Shown: piece by piece, positions 40,534 through 51,919 of the stretch
Position numbering within the stretch: position 1 is the stretch's first letter
How the letters are laid out: each line of letters begins with the position of its first letter
NCBI GenBank assembly: GCA_951406725.2
Contig: OX597820.1
Location: forward strand, 106,640,001-106,704,000
Origin: Octopus vulgaris
Lineage: Eukaryota
Reading direction: 5' to 3'
DNA: 64,000 bases
Notes under the pieces: model-generated
Told to the model about the DNA's origin: nothing
The model's database searches: none
The model's input: the letters and a program-made list of their open reading frames with translations, nothing else
Program-made: the position numbers and the translations under genes

Positions 40534-40880
40534 CCCCACCTTAGCAAATGCGAAGGTATTGTTTTCAGTCACGTTTGTTTGTTTGTTTGTCCAGGGACAA
40601 GATATCTCAAGTTGGATGAATTTAAATGAAACTTTCAGAGATGTTTGGCCTTGTGATTCAATTTTGGGATCGATCCAGTACCGGACAAAAATTCTGGGTT
40701 ATTTTTCCAGTTTTTTTACTTAATTTTTAAGAGTGGTTGGATTCATTTTTAGTATTCTCATTTGTGAGAGCAATCGAGTTTATTTCAGATATTCTCATTT
40801 TAAAAATCCTCTCTAGATAATCATTGAGAGGACATTGGTGTTGCCTTGGTGGAAGTTTATGCTCTCTGAGTGCTCTTGTT
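40532..40880 (+). mobile_element. Putative Helentron-associated (DINE/HINE-like) short element
   Basis: Short subterminal inverted motif CCACC/GGTGG, internal (GTTT)n, 3' hairpin-like GCTCTCTGAGTGC, T-rich insertion site. Confidence 0.45.
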
Positions 40881-40893
40881 ATTATTATTATTA

Positions 40894-41936
40894 GACCAAA
40901 ACTGGATGCCTAGCACCTAGAATATCATCAGGTGCTCACAGCCGTCTACCAGTCAGGCAATGGGATCAAGGGATCCCATTTAGCAATTTATAGAGGATTA
41001 GTGGTGTGGAAGTGCAATGATATTCTTGAGGAGACTCTGGGTGTCAGTGAAAACAAACTGGCTAGTCTGTTCCAGGGGATTTTGTAGTCGGGAACCATCA
41101 TGGATAATTTCCAGATGTCTTTGGCCTGGCTGTACTACTGGGGGGAGGGGGGTGCTACCAGTTCAAGATAAACTTTACAGGTATGGATATGTTTTCAGAC
41201 AAGCTTGTCCAGGGAGTGTGCAGAGTGCTGGAACTGTTCCGCATGCACTTGTTCAGTGTCTGGACATTGCTGACTTGTGGGATTATGTCAAGCAGCTGGT
41301 GTCACATGTGGAACGTATTGTCTCTTGGCTGAGTCCATAGTGATGATTGTCCTATTGCCCTCCTTTAATCAGGCAAGCAAGGCAGTTTTCTTTTGCTTGA
41401 TGGCTGTAGTAAAAGAGGTTGTCTGGTGGACAAAGCTGAAAAGCATAAGGACAGATACATTCCTCTTTGGTAGAGGTCTCATTGACTTCTTCAAGTTTCC
41501 CTGGAAAAGGAAATTGAGGGTGGAGAGGGAAGTGCTATCCTCGAGTGAGTTTATTGAAAGATGGGTGAAAGTTGCGAAAATGGAAAGAGTGGATGGTACC
41601 TCTCTAAGTGTAGACTTGTGAATCAGAGAAAGGGAATTGAAGAGGACACTTGCCCTTGGCATTCAGGGAGATTTTGCACAGTGAGGTCCCTTGATTATCC
41701 CAAGAGGTCTCCTGCATTAGGACTACATCTCTATTACCCCATTAACTTTTTTTTTACCTTCATATACTATTTTAAATTCCCCTTCCTTTTCATTGTATAC
41801 TGTGTATACTTACTCTTTTGTTTTTTGTTATTTCTTTATTTGTTTTATCTTTTCATTGTACGTAAACACTCACACTTTGTGTCTGTCTTTGCATTGTCCC
41901 CCTTCACCTTCACCCTAATGGCAAATAAATGAAATC
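40894..41936 (+). mobile_element. Tx1/L1-like LINE 3' end
   Basis: LPVQDKLYRYG, HALVQC, FFCLMAVVKEVVW, FKFPWKRKLRVERE; homologous to 10740-11672. Confidence 0.75.
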
Positions 41937-42539
41937 ATCATTATTATTGTTATTGCTTGCAGGATATAATTCTTTTATTGTTCTTTTTCTTCAACTCAAA
42001 TTGTTTTCATGCATCATGACACATTTTACACCATGCAGATTGTGCAATTAACAGACACATTTGCCCAATCCCAAGCAAAATCATATTCACCAGTGTTCCC
42101 ATTGCACCTTCACAGCAAAATCCATACCTGGACGTAGTTTCTTTTGTTCTTTTATTTTTAAAAGCTGCTTTCTCTCTCCCTCCTTTTTTTTTTTTTTTTT
42201 TTTTGTTAATCTTCTCCTTGAAACACTCTTACGTTTAAATCAATGGAAGCAACTATCATCATTATCACTATTATCATTGTTCAACATTTGGTAGTTTTAG
42301 GTAAATTTCTACATCACCTAGTACACCTCTGTGTTGTTGGGTGTGTGTGCAGCATTGTGTGTTTTTTTGTTGTTGTTGAGAGTGTGCAAACTCTTCCTGG
42401 TATTGTATTGTGTCGGTTTCTTTTCTTTCCTGTTTTTTTTTTTGAGGTGTGGGGCAGTCTTTTATTGTATTAGTGGTTGCATTATGTGTTGTGTGGGTAA
42501 TATATTGAATATCTAGCTTGCTGGTGGTAGTTTATTTCA

Positions 42540-42897
42540 TTGGATAATTGTTTGTATAGAGTGTGTCTTGTGTTTGTGAATTGTTTTATTTAAGTTATGT
42601 TATAGATGTGGGCTGTTCCTAGAAGGTCTACTTTTTTGGGATAGTGTGTGGTGTTGAGGATCCAGGTATAGCTTTTACATTTTTGTTCATGTCTTTTTAT
42701 CATGCCCAATGGTCTAATTATTACTGGTATTATTTTCACCATCATGCCCCACATCTTGAATATTTCAATTTTGAGTCTTTGTACTTTGACTATTTCTCCA
42801 CTTCTTTTTAGATGATATTTTGGTCAGAAGGGATAGCAATGTCTATCAGTAAGCAGGTGTTTCCTTTTTCTTCAATCCTTGATTACTATGTCTAGGT
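42540..42897 (-). mobile_element. R4-like RLE 3' fragment, degraded
   Basis: Reverse strand: DIVI..CLLIDIAIPSD, KYKDSKIEIFKMW, LLGTAHI. Confidence 0.6.
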
Positions 42898-43399
42898 AAT
42901 TAATTATCTTATGCAATAAATAATATGTAGGGAAGTTTTATCATGGCAATGAACAGCCAGTCAGTGAAACATACTCTAAATCACTGAATTGCACTTATGA
43001 AAGAATGGATTGTGTAGCCATGGACCAGCCCCAGAGTAAACAAATCTAACTGGGTGTTATTTATGAAGGTCAAGAAATGCATACCCCATTGAAAATTAAA
43101 ACATTTATATATTAAAGTATTATTGTAAACAATATTTCAAGTAGGTAATGACTGTACGATCGTTTATTAAGTTTTATAAACACAAAGAAAATATTTCAGC
43201 ACAAAAACATAAACTGTGCCTGTGCAGATATGGTTAAGAGATTTGCTTCCCTACAACACGGTTTTGGATTCAGTTCCACTGTGTGGCACCCTGGACAAGT
43301 GTTTTCTACTATAGCTCCTGGCCAATCAGGGCAAACTAAAACCTTTTGAATGGATTTGGTTGACAGAATCTGAAAGAAATCCATCCATCTATCTATTTA

Positions 43400-46300
43400 A
43401 CCAAAAGACAATACAAAAACTGATTCCCCTTCCCCTACATCATATATACCACCCACAAACAGTCAACAACCAACTTCAACGAAAACAACAAAACAACCAC
43501 TTACACAAACGCACATAGAAGCTTACAACATGCCCCTACTCCCTTCCAATTCCTCAGAAATTTTGTCAGAAGACGAAAGCAGTGAGGAATAGCAAATAGC
43601 CAGAAAAGGAAGGAGGAAGAGGAGCGAGAAAAATACCAAACCAAATGCAAATGCAAACAAAACAGGGAGATAGACAACTCCTGAACACTTTTCGAACACC
43701 AACACTAGCACACACAATACCAACACCTCAAAAACAAACACACACCCAATGCTCACGGCCATCAACATGAAAAATACAGAGTTGATGAAATACATCAACA
43801 CAAAAACAAACCTGACACAAAAAGACATAAAAACAAGCAACCACCCATACGCAACACCACCAGAACACATTAAAATATTGCACATCACACCAACCGTGCA
43901 TCACACACTAAAATCCATTTACCCCGATGCGATTGGAAGATGCCAGAAGCACTCTTCCAAAAACCTTTATAGCAATCTCCTCAAGGAAAAACCAAAGGTG
44001 GAGACACAAAAAATGTTCACACACACATATTATTAGGATTATGATCAAGGTTGGTTGTGTGAATGCGTTTGGCTTGGGGTCCCCTTGGAAACAAGGGTAC
44101 CTCTTAAAGTCACATGAATTAGAAATCATAGCCATAAGTGAGACCAGACTCCATAATCTATGAACCCTAAAGTCTATGTTTGGCAGACAGATTAACATTT
44201 ATTTTTCTCCCTGTCTGCCAAGAATGGGCAGTAGTGGCATGGCAGTACTTTTTTGGAAGAGTCTGGATTTCGAAGTAAAGACAATATTCATAGACCCGGA
44301 GGGTAGACTGGTTGTCCTGGATGTCAACGGCAGCAATGGGTGCACTTTTCGACTCGTATCAGTCTACGCACCGCTTTAACAGGTCGGCCGGATTTCTTTC
44401 AACATCTAGAAGTACTCCTAGAAACGTCTCATCTTTTACTTTAGTGGGGGATTGGAATGCTACCTTTGGACATGCATCTAGACTACGTAGGCAGAGATAG
44501 GAATAGACGGAGATGCAAATGCTTTAGAGACCTGCTCAGACACTTTCAACTGTCTAACAGGTACTGACTTGACCACCCAAATGCACCAATGTGGACATGG
44601 AGCAACTGCATCGGGTTGTCGAGATTGTATCTAGATAGGATGCTGTGTAGGACAGTAGATAGAGATAGCATAGGGTGTCCACAATTCCAGATAGTCAGCT
44701 ACATGGATCACAAACTTGTGATGTGTATGCTAGACTTAGCTTGCTAGTAAAGATGGCTTTGATGGAGCCATCATCAACAACAAATGGTGGTTTTCCCTCA
44801 AGAGAGCAATAAAAGCAGAAGCAATTAGGTATAGAAAGCACTAGCCATAGATAGAAACAGAGTAGAGGGTGACCTATTTAAGAAGCTAAAAGAGGTGATT
44901 AGAAGTGGCATCTCATCTGAGGTTTTGGTGGCAAGGTTGACCATCGACCAACACTTCAACACCAAACATGAAAGGTGTGTTGTCAGGGCTAGGATACGTG
45001 CTCTAAGGAACAAAGGTGTTGGAGCTGTGCAAGAGGCCCAGGTGACAGAGGCGCAACAGAGCAACAAGGCCATCATTTGGTCTCTGGTAGATGAACAGGG
45101 GTGCGAATTCCTCAAGCCAAGTAAAATGTGTAAGGCCTTTCAACAGCATTTTGCCTGACTGTTCGGGATGAGTGGTGAGTGAGAACGCAGGGTGGATTTC
45201 AGTGCCTACCTGCACAATCTGCCACAACTCTTGACAAGAGAGACAGAGTGTTGCAAAGGTGCCATCACAGCAGCGGTAGTGTGGGACATGATAGCAGAAT
45301 GCTTGAGGGACAAATCACCGGGTTTGGATGGTCTACCCTATGAGCTTTACAGTTGTATGTCAGACTTGTTTGGAGATGTCTTGGCAGCAGTGTACTGCAA
45401 CTGGCAGAAAAACGGGAGCATCCCCGATTTTATGAGCCAAGGAGCCATAATGCTGCTGAAGAAAGATCCAAACAAGGGGGACATAATAGATAACTTTAGG
45501 CCCACCACTCTGCTCAATGCAGATTTGAAAATTTTGGCCAAGAGGTTGGCGCCTGTCATCAAGAAATTGGTCGACAAGGTACAAACATGCACTGTGCCAG
45601 GCCGGAACATCCATGACAACCTCCATTTGATGCACTACATCATAGACAGGGTAGGTAAGGAACCTGGCATGGGTGGGGCCCTGATCAATTTGGATCAATC
45701 CAAAGCTTTCTATAGGGTAGACCACCGATACTTGGAGACTGTTCTCATAGCGGCTGATTTCGGTCCTGTCTTTCGCAGCTGGATAGCTGCCTTGTACAGA
45801 AGCATCCATTTGGTAATTCGTGTGAATAGACATCTATCAAGACCTTTCAACATTGCACATTTGGTCTGTCAGGGATGCCCCCTCTTGTTGCTTCTGTACA
45901 TATTGACTCTCGAGCCTCTACTGCGGAAGCTGGCAATGCTGAGGGACACCCTGCTAGAATTGGGATGTGGGAAGAATGTGTCTGCATACGCAGACAACAT
46001 CACTGTCATAGTGTCTAGCCATGACCACGAGCTGGTCAGCAAGACTCTAAAAGACTACGAAGTGGTAACGGGAGCAAAAATCAACCAGGAAATGTCAGTG
46101 GGCTTGTGACTTGGCACCTGGAGAAGCAAGCCTATGCCGTCCAGCAGCACCTCTGTCATGGGACGCTGGACCGATGGTCCAGTCAAGTTGCTTGGGGTCT
46201 GGTTTGGTCCAGATCTCCAAACAGAGAAGAACTGGGATGAGGTAATGAGTAGGGTGGCCACTCTCTTCCGCAATGGGCTGAGAGGAAGCTGTCCCTAAAA

Positions 46301-46772
46301 GGTTGACCGGAGGTGACAAGCATGTATATCTCATCAACTTCTTCAAGTATCACTTGAAAAGCAAGGTGAAAGTAGGGAGGGAAGTTTTGTTTAGTGAATG
46401 CTTCAATAAAAGAGGGATGAATGTAGCTAGGATGGCACATGTAAATAATGGAGCCACCTTGAGCATAAGAACCAGAAAAACAAAGGAAAAAGAGAGTTAC
46501 TAACTGTAAATGTGTTTTTTGCACAGCATTATTGCCTAAGTTTACCATGGTCTTTTCATAGGTTTTTCTTTCCACGGATAAACCTCCCCACTTTGGAAAC
46601 TACGTTTTGTTTGTTTTTGTACTATTTCTACTTTTGTATATCCCAAATGATTTCGATCCCTTTTGATCGTTGACCCTATTTTTCTTTGTTTTGTTTTTGC
46701 CCACCTCAAAAAGAAAAACTCTTCATTGTATTTGTCCCCACTGTGTTCGAACCTGTGTGGCTAATAAAGAAG

Positions 46773-46773
<1 letters not shown>
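43400..46773 (+). mobile_element. Tx1/L1-like LINE (ORF1 tail, APE, RT) with internal deletions
   Basis: MIKVGCVNAFGL, IAISETRL, DPEGRLVVL, VSVYAP, GDWNA, YLDR; KSPGLDGLPYELY, FRPTTLLNAD, DQSKAF, QGCPL, AYADNIT; ends at (ATCT)n. Confidence 0.9.
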
Positions 46774-46847
<74 letters not shown>

Positions 46848-46855
46848 GCTATCTA

Positions 46856-46905
<50 letters not shown>

Positions 46906-46925
46906 CGTCTGTCCGTCCATTCATC
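46774..46925. repeat. (ATCT)n-(GTCT)n compound microsatellite
   Basis: Directly visible. Confidence 0.95.
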
Positions 46926-47651
46926 TGTGCATCTGCGTGTGCATGCATCCATCCATCTGACTGTCTCTGCATGTGTGTTTATGTGTGCATGCATGCGAGT
47001 GTGTGCATATTTGTTTCTCCTCGTCTCAACATCGCATGATAGTTCTAAAATGATTTTCAGTCATATAAACAATGTTATTCATTTCCAGTCTTCTGTGAAA
47101 ACTTGTCTGAACAAGGAGAAATATTACCTTGCTTGGAAACAGGTGAGAGTTGGTGACATGACAGACTTCTGGCTTCAGAAAATCTGCCTCAAAAAACTTC
47201 ATCCAACCCATGCAAGTATAGAAAAATGGATGTTAAAATGCTGACAATGATGCCACTGCCACTGACACCAACACCACCGCTGCCATCAACACCAATGCTG
47301 CCACCATCACCACCACCACTACTATCACCACTGCCACCAACAATGATGGAAACTACAATAAACCAATATCTTAGCAAAAATTACTTCAACAATAATAATT
47401 CAATTTTACTAATTGAATGTAATAGCAAGCACTGACAAGTAAAAAGCTAAACACCCAGCTAGCCATGACTTTAACCTGGATTCAATTCTTCCTTTTTATT
47501 CCTTTTAGCCCTAACCTGATTCTCTCCAAGTCAATAAAATTAACAAATTAACACATAAATATAGATGAAAGATATAAGTTTATTTCAAAACACCAGAGAC
47601 AACTAATTTATTAGAAGCTTTCAATGAAAGTGAGTATGACAAGTATAATTA

Positions 47652-49497
47652 CACTGGTCAACAAAATGAAACTTTTTTTAATCATCAGAGTTGCTGATTG
47701 ACTTTTCTGGGTTAATTTTTGATGCTGATTACGAATCTGAAGTCCGATTTCCTCTATCAGGTCACATTTTCATGTTAATAATACCTGCTGTTTTCACTTA
47801 TAGGATACGTAAAGCATGTCTATATAAAGTATATTGAATACAAGATACGATAATTTCATGGCTTTTTATTGTACAAAATTAAAATTATTGTGTACAAATA
47901 AGTTAGAATACACTAAAATGCATAACAACTTAAAATCTTTGGGATTTGGACTTTCTATTGTGTTTTGTCTCAGGTTCATCCTTGTATAACATCCAACAGT
48001 AGCCAGCTAGCATTTCTGCATTCCCAAATCCTTGATATTGTTGTTCCATCGATGCAATATCTTGAGGAAAGCATTCCCCTTGCTCATCAGACACTTCTCC
48101 AAGGTTCACTGCAGAAAAGTCCAGATGTGAATCAAGGAAATGGACTTTTAGTGACATCCAACAGCCCATTGCAGCGTAGGAGTCTAGAAGACATTTCACT
48201 CCATTTCTAAATTCTAGAGATCTCTTGTTGCCTGGGAAATTTTCACAGAGCCATTTGAAGGATTCCCAGGCTTTAAGCTCAATCTCATCCAGTGCTGTGA
48301 AGAAGTGGTTGTCCTTCAGGAGTTCTTTTATCTGCGGACCTATGAATACGTCCTCCTTCAGTTTTGCCTCGGTGATTTTTGGAAATTTAGCCTTCACGTA
48401 TTCAAAACCTTTTGAGCTTTTCTTGGCAAGTGTCTTCACGAATTGTTTCACGAGGCCAAGCTTTATGTGAAGAGGGAGAAGAAGAACATTTTCTGGGTTT
48501 AAAAGTGGCTTACTCTGGACGCTAGAAACTCTTGGCTCATATGATTTTGGCAGAGGCCACTCTGAGTGCTTGTTAGTTGCACGACTGTCCTATAGGCATA
48601 AAAAGCAACAATAACAAAGTGGTCCATCAACAGAGAAGCATGAAGTCAGACCCCTATTTCTCTTCCTGAAATGAGTAATACAAACATCTTTCTTAAGCAG
48701 ACACTTTACTTGTAGGCTAATAGTTCAGCTTTATCCTTCAACAATGACAATTCTCTAACTAAATCATTTAACTCTCCTTGAGAAAATTTCTGTGGTACAT
48801 CTTCATTTGCAATCGTGAAATCTGCACCCACTTTGGGATCTTCGACAGCAGTAATATTTTCTTCAGGAAATACATCTTCGTCAGACATCTGAAGGCCATT
48901 TTCTGGTGGTATTGGAATAAGATCATCATCGTTGTGTGGTACTAGTCTTCTTGCTGATTCCAAGTTGGGATACACAATCTTATGCTTGGTCTTTACAGTA
49001 AACACACATACATTAATGTTGCAGAAATAACAGTCCAAGAAATGATCCTTTGGCTCTCTCCATATCATAGGTATTGCAAATGGCATTGCTCTCTTCCTCT
49101 TATTTAGCCAATCCCTTAGTCCATTTGGACAAACTGAGCAGATGATGTGCTGGGCCCAACTCTTATCTTGTTCCCCGAGAGAGCAGCCAAAGTATAACTG
49201 GCAGATCTTCTTGATTTCACTTGTGATGGCACGTTGCTGAGCTTTGGTGGTAAATGAACCACAGACATGACAAAGTATATCAGGACTGTTCTTGCAAAGC
49301 CTTGACAAAGTCAGAATTTACCTGTATAAGACGTTTACGTGTAGCGATACAGCTAATGGGAGTTATATACCTTTCTTATCTCATCAGTAAAACTGTGCCT
49401 GATAGAAGGAAACCGATTACATTTTTGAAATCTGCGGACAAAACTACATATAAAACACCATATAATATCCCTGATGAAGATTGGCTGGTGACCAGTG
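47652..49497 (-). mobile_element. Chapaev3 (CMC) DNA transposon, both ends present, internally deleted transposase
   Basis: TIRs CACTGGTCA..TGACCAGTG; TTA TSD at 47649-47651 and 49498-49500; N-terminus C..C..YFGC..QDKSWA.H..C..C..W..MPFAIPMIWREP..H..DCYFC; C-terminus LHIKLGL.KQFVK, MSLKVHFLDSHLD, SDEQGE. Confidence 0.88.
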
Positions 49498-49909
49498 TTA
49501 TTAGTAAAATAACTTCATTATGGATATTTGCTGTTTATCTATAATAATAAACATATAATTCTATCTGTCCATCTGTCCAGGACCCCTGTATCTCAGTCTA
49601 AATTTGCTCTACATAGACATAATATACCTTTTTTGGAATCAGGATGACGCCAGGATTGAAAATCTGCCCTTCATTTGGTTCTTGAACACCCAGCATTGGG
49701 ATCAGGTTTGGATGAGGGTTTGCTGTCTTGCAAACAACTTGCACATGCAAGTGCTACCAGTTAAAAGCTCCGTATATCGGAAGCTAGCAAGTGTATGGGG
49801 TCATCAGGAGAGAATGTGCGCCGTTTCGGGGCCTACCTCTCAACGGCATCAATGCACCCCCCTCACTGATATGAGGCCCCGCTTGCTAGATCAGCTGGTT
49901 ATGAAGAAC

Positions 49910-50965
49910 TCAATATACTTCTAGCCATCGCTCATCGTCTCTTTTTAACCAAATCCAGTGGCTAGCCTTCTCCACTGTAGATCGGATATCAGTCATGGTG
50001 GTATTGACTTTACGATGAGTTAAGCCTAACGATAACAACAGTCGTCTCACGCTGTGTCCTACAAACCCTCTACATCCGACTTCGATAGGAAAATGTTCTG
50101 CTTTCCAGCCTGCGCCTTCACATTCCTCGAGGAGGTTTTCATAACGGTTTAATTTTCGAGCTCGAGCGGCGTCCATATTATCTTCGTGAGGAACCGTTAG
50201 CTCGACTATATTTACAACTTTCTTTCTTTCACACCACATCAAAATATCTGGTTTTTTCGAAACTGGGATGGGAAAGAAAACCTGGCACCCAGGTAAATCT
50301 GCAGTTACCTCCCAATAGCCGTTCCACTTTTCATTTTTCTCATCTAGTGCAGCACATCTCCATTGCTTTCTTAAGTCGGATTTTTCCTTCCTCAACTGCT
50401 GCATTTTTCTGATCCTCCTGCTTGGTCCACACTTTCCTTTCTCTAGTCGGATATTCTCTTTTATTCCAAATAAATCTTTTCCTATATCGTATATTGAGCT
50501 TGATAATTTTCCCAGTTTCTCCACTGTAGAGCCTGTCATTTTATAAAGAGCCCGACAAACCTTGTTTTCAAACTCTTTATATTTCACTTTCTCATTAGCA
50601 GCAGGCCACAAAACCCTCGGTTTCCTCTGAGTATTATCTGATGCACCAGTTTCATGACTTGTAGTTTCATCACATGAAGAATTCTCTGCTGTAGCATTTA
50701 TCGATCCACTGTGGTTTGAGTCCGGGGATGATTTGCCACGTGTTTTACGATCTGACGATCCACCCTGCTCTGTCCTCTTCTCACAAATCTTTCCCTGATG
50801 TATCTTCAAGCCTCTCTCAGTTGCAAAGGTTCTACAGCACAGCTTGCATCCAAAGTTGTTTGCATTTCGTTCGCTGTTCGAATGAATAATCATGTTTGTT
50901 TCCAAGGTCATTCTCGTGCTGACTGGGTTTGATTGATTCTCGACTCCCCCCTCTCGGTCAATCAT
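49910..50965 (-). CDS. Zinc finger + restriction-like endonuclease fusion protein (351 aa from the first ATG; frame open from 51109)
   Basis: No stop or frameshift; N-terminal region fused in frame at ~50330 (AALDEK|NEKWNGYW) to an RLE with the PD..E..K residues present; no RT motifs. Confidence 0.75.
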   Translation of the reverse strand: MIDREGGVENQSNPVSTRMTLETNMIIHSNSERNANNFGCKLCCRTFATERGLKIHQGKICEKRTEQGGSSDRKTRGKSSPDSNHSGSINATAENSSCDETTSHETGASDNTQRKPRVLWPAANEKVKYKEFENKVCRALYKMTGSTVEKLGKLSSSIYDIGKDLFGIKENIRLEKGKCGPSRRIRKMQQLRKEKSDLRKQWRCAALDEKNEKWNGYWEVTADLPGCQVFFPIPVSKKPDILMWCERKKVVNIVELTVPHEDNMDAARARKLNRYENLLEECEGAGWKAEHFPIEVGCRGFVGHSVRRLLLSLGLTHRKVNTTMTDIRSTVEKASHWIWLKRDDERWLEVY

Positions 50966-51163
50966 GGGGCTGTCATTTCCTGTTATTTCTGTTACAATAA
51001 AATACAGAGGCGAGGATCGTAAGTCCGCAGCCTCCGCCAGTCTTTCCTGGTGTCGATAGTCTTTCCTATTGTCCACTGGTCTTTCCGAGCAGTCCTCTTG
51101 TCTTTCCAAGATGCCTAACCGTTTTTCCGGTTTGTCAGTGGTTACCTACCACAAGGTCTTAGA

Positions 51164-51483
51164 TGTCTTGCAAACAACTTGCACATGCAAGTGCTACCAG
51201 TTAAAAGCTCCGTATATCGGAAGCTAGCAAGTGTATGGGGTCATCAGGAGAGAATGCGTGCTGTTTCGGGGCCTACCTCTCGACAGCATCAATGCGCACT
51301 GGCCCCCCTCACTGATATGAGGCCCCGCTTGCTAGATCAGCTGGTTATGAAGAACTCAATATACTTCTAGCCATCGCTCATCGTCTCTTTTTAACCAAAT
51401 CCAGTGGCTAGCCTTCTCCACTGTAGATTGGATATCAGTCATGGTGGTATTGACTTTACGATGAGTTAGGCCTAACGATAACA
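51164..51483. repeat. Direct repeat of 49724-50037 (period 1440 bp)
   Basis: Near-identical; a few substitutions and a 6-bp indel. Confidence 0.95.
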
Positions 51484-51919
51484 GTTGAAAATTTAAAAGA
51501 ACTCCAAAAATTTGTGAACTTACAAGTTTTTTTTATTTAAATTGAATTTCAAGTAATACCATATTAGTAGGGTAATACCATATCAGTAAGGTATCAATAA
51601 ATGCTTTATTATTATTGCTCTTTTTAGTTTTGGGTCACAGGTACAATTAGTTCTCCACAGGAGCTAGCATAAATGTCTGCACAGAGTGTGGCTTTTAAGC
51701 TAATCAGTCATATAATGTTTGGAGTGAACAAAGATTGGGAGATGATGAATCATGAAAAACCAAGATGTTTTGTCTAAACCTTAACAAAAAATGTAATTTG
51801 TTCAAAAAGTGTACCAATATTTCTGTAGCCAAATCAATGAAAAATTAAATTGAATCACAAACTAAGCAAAATTTTCTCAACAAATAGAAATGCATTTATG
51901 CATTGCTCATATATCCAAT

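Larger units (their letters stand above)
49724..51483 (-). mobile_element. HERO-clade (RLE) non-LTR derivative lacking RT, preceded by a partial tandem copy of its own 3' end
   Basis: HERO-type motifs CKLC..RGLKIHQGK.C, RVLWPAAN, LRKQWR; PDILMW..VELTVPHE, PIEVGCRGF, EKASHWIWLKR; 3' end duplicated at 51164-51483. Confidence 0.85.

Noticed and set aside
49820-49885. HDV-like ribozyme fold using GGGGCCT/AGGCCCC as P1
   Set aside because: No P2 partner or canonical L3 and J4/2 found; the hammerhead-like register fits better.
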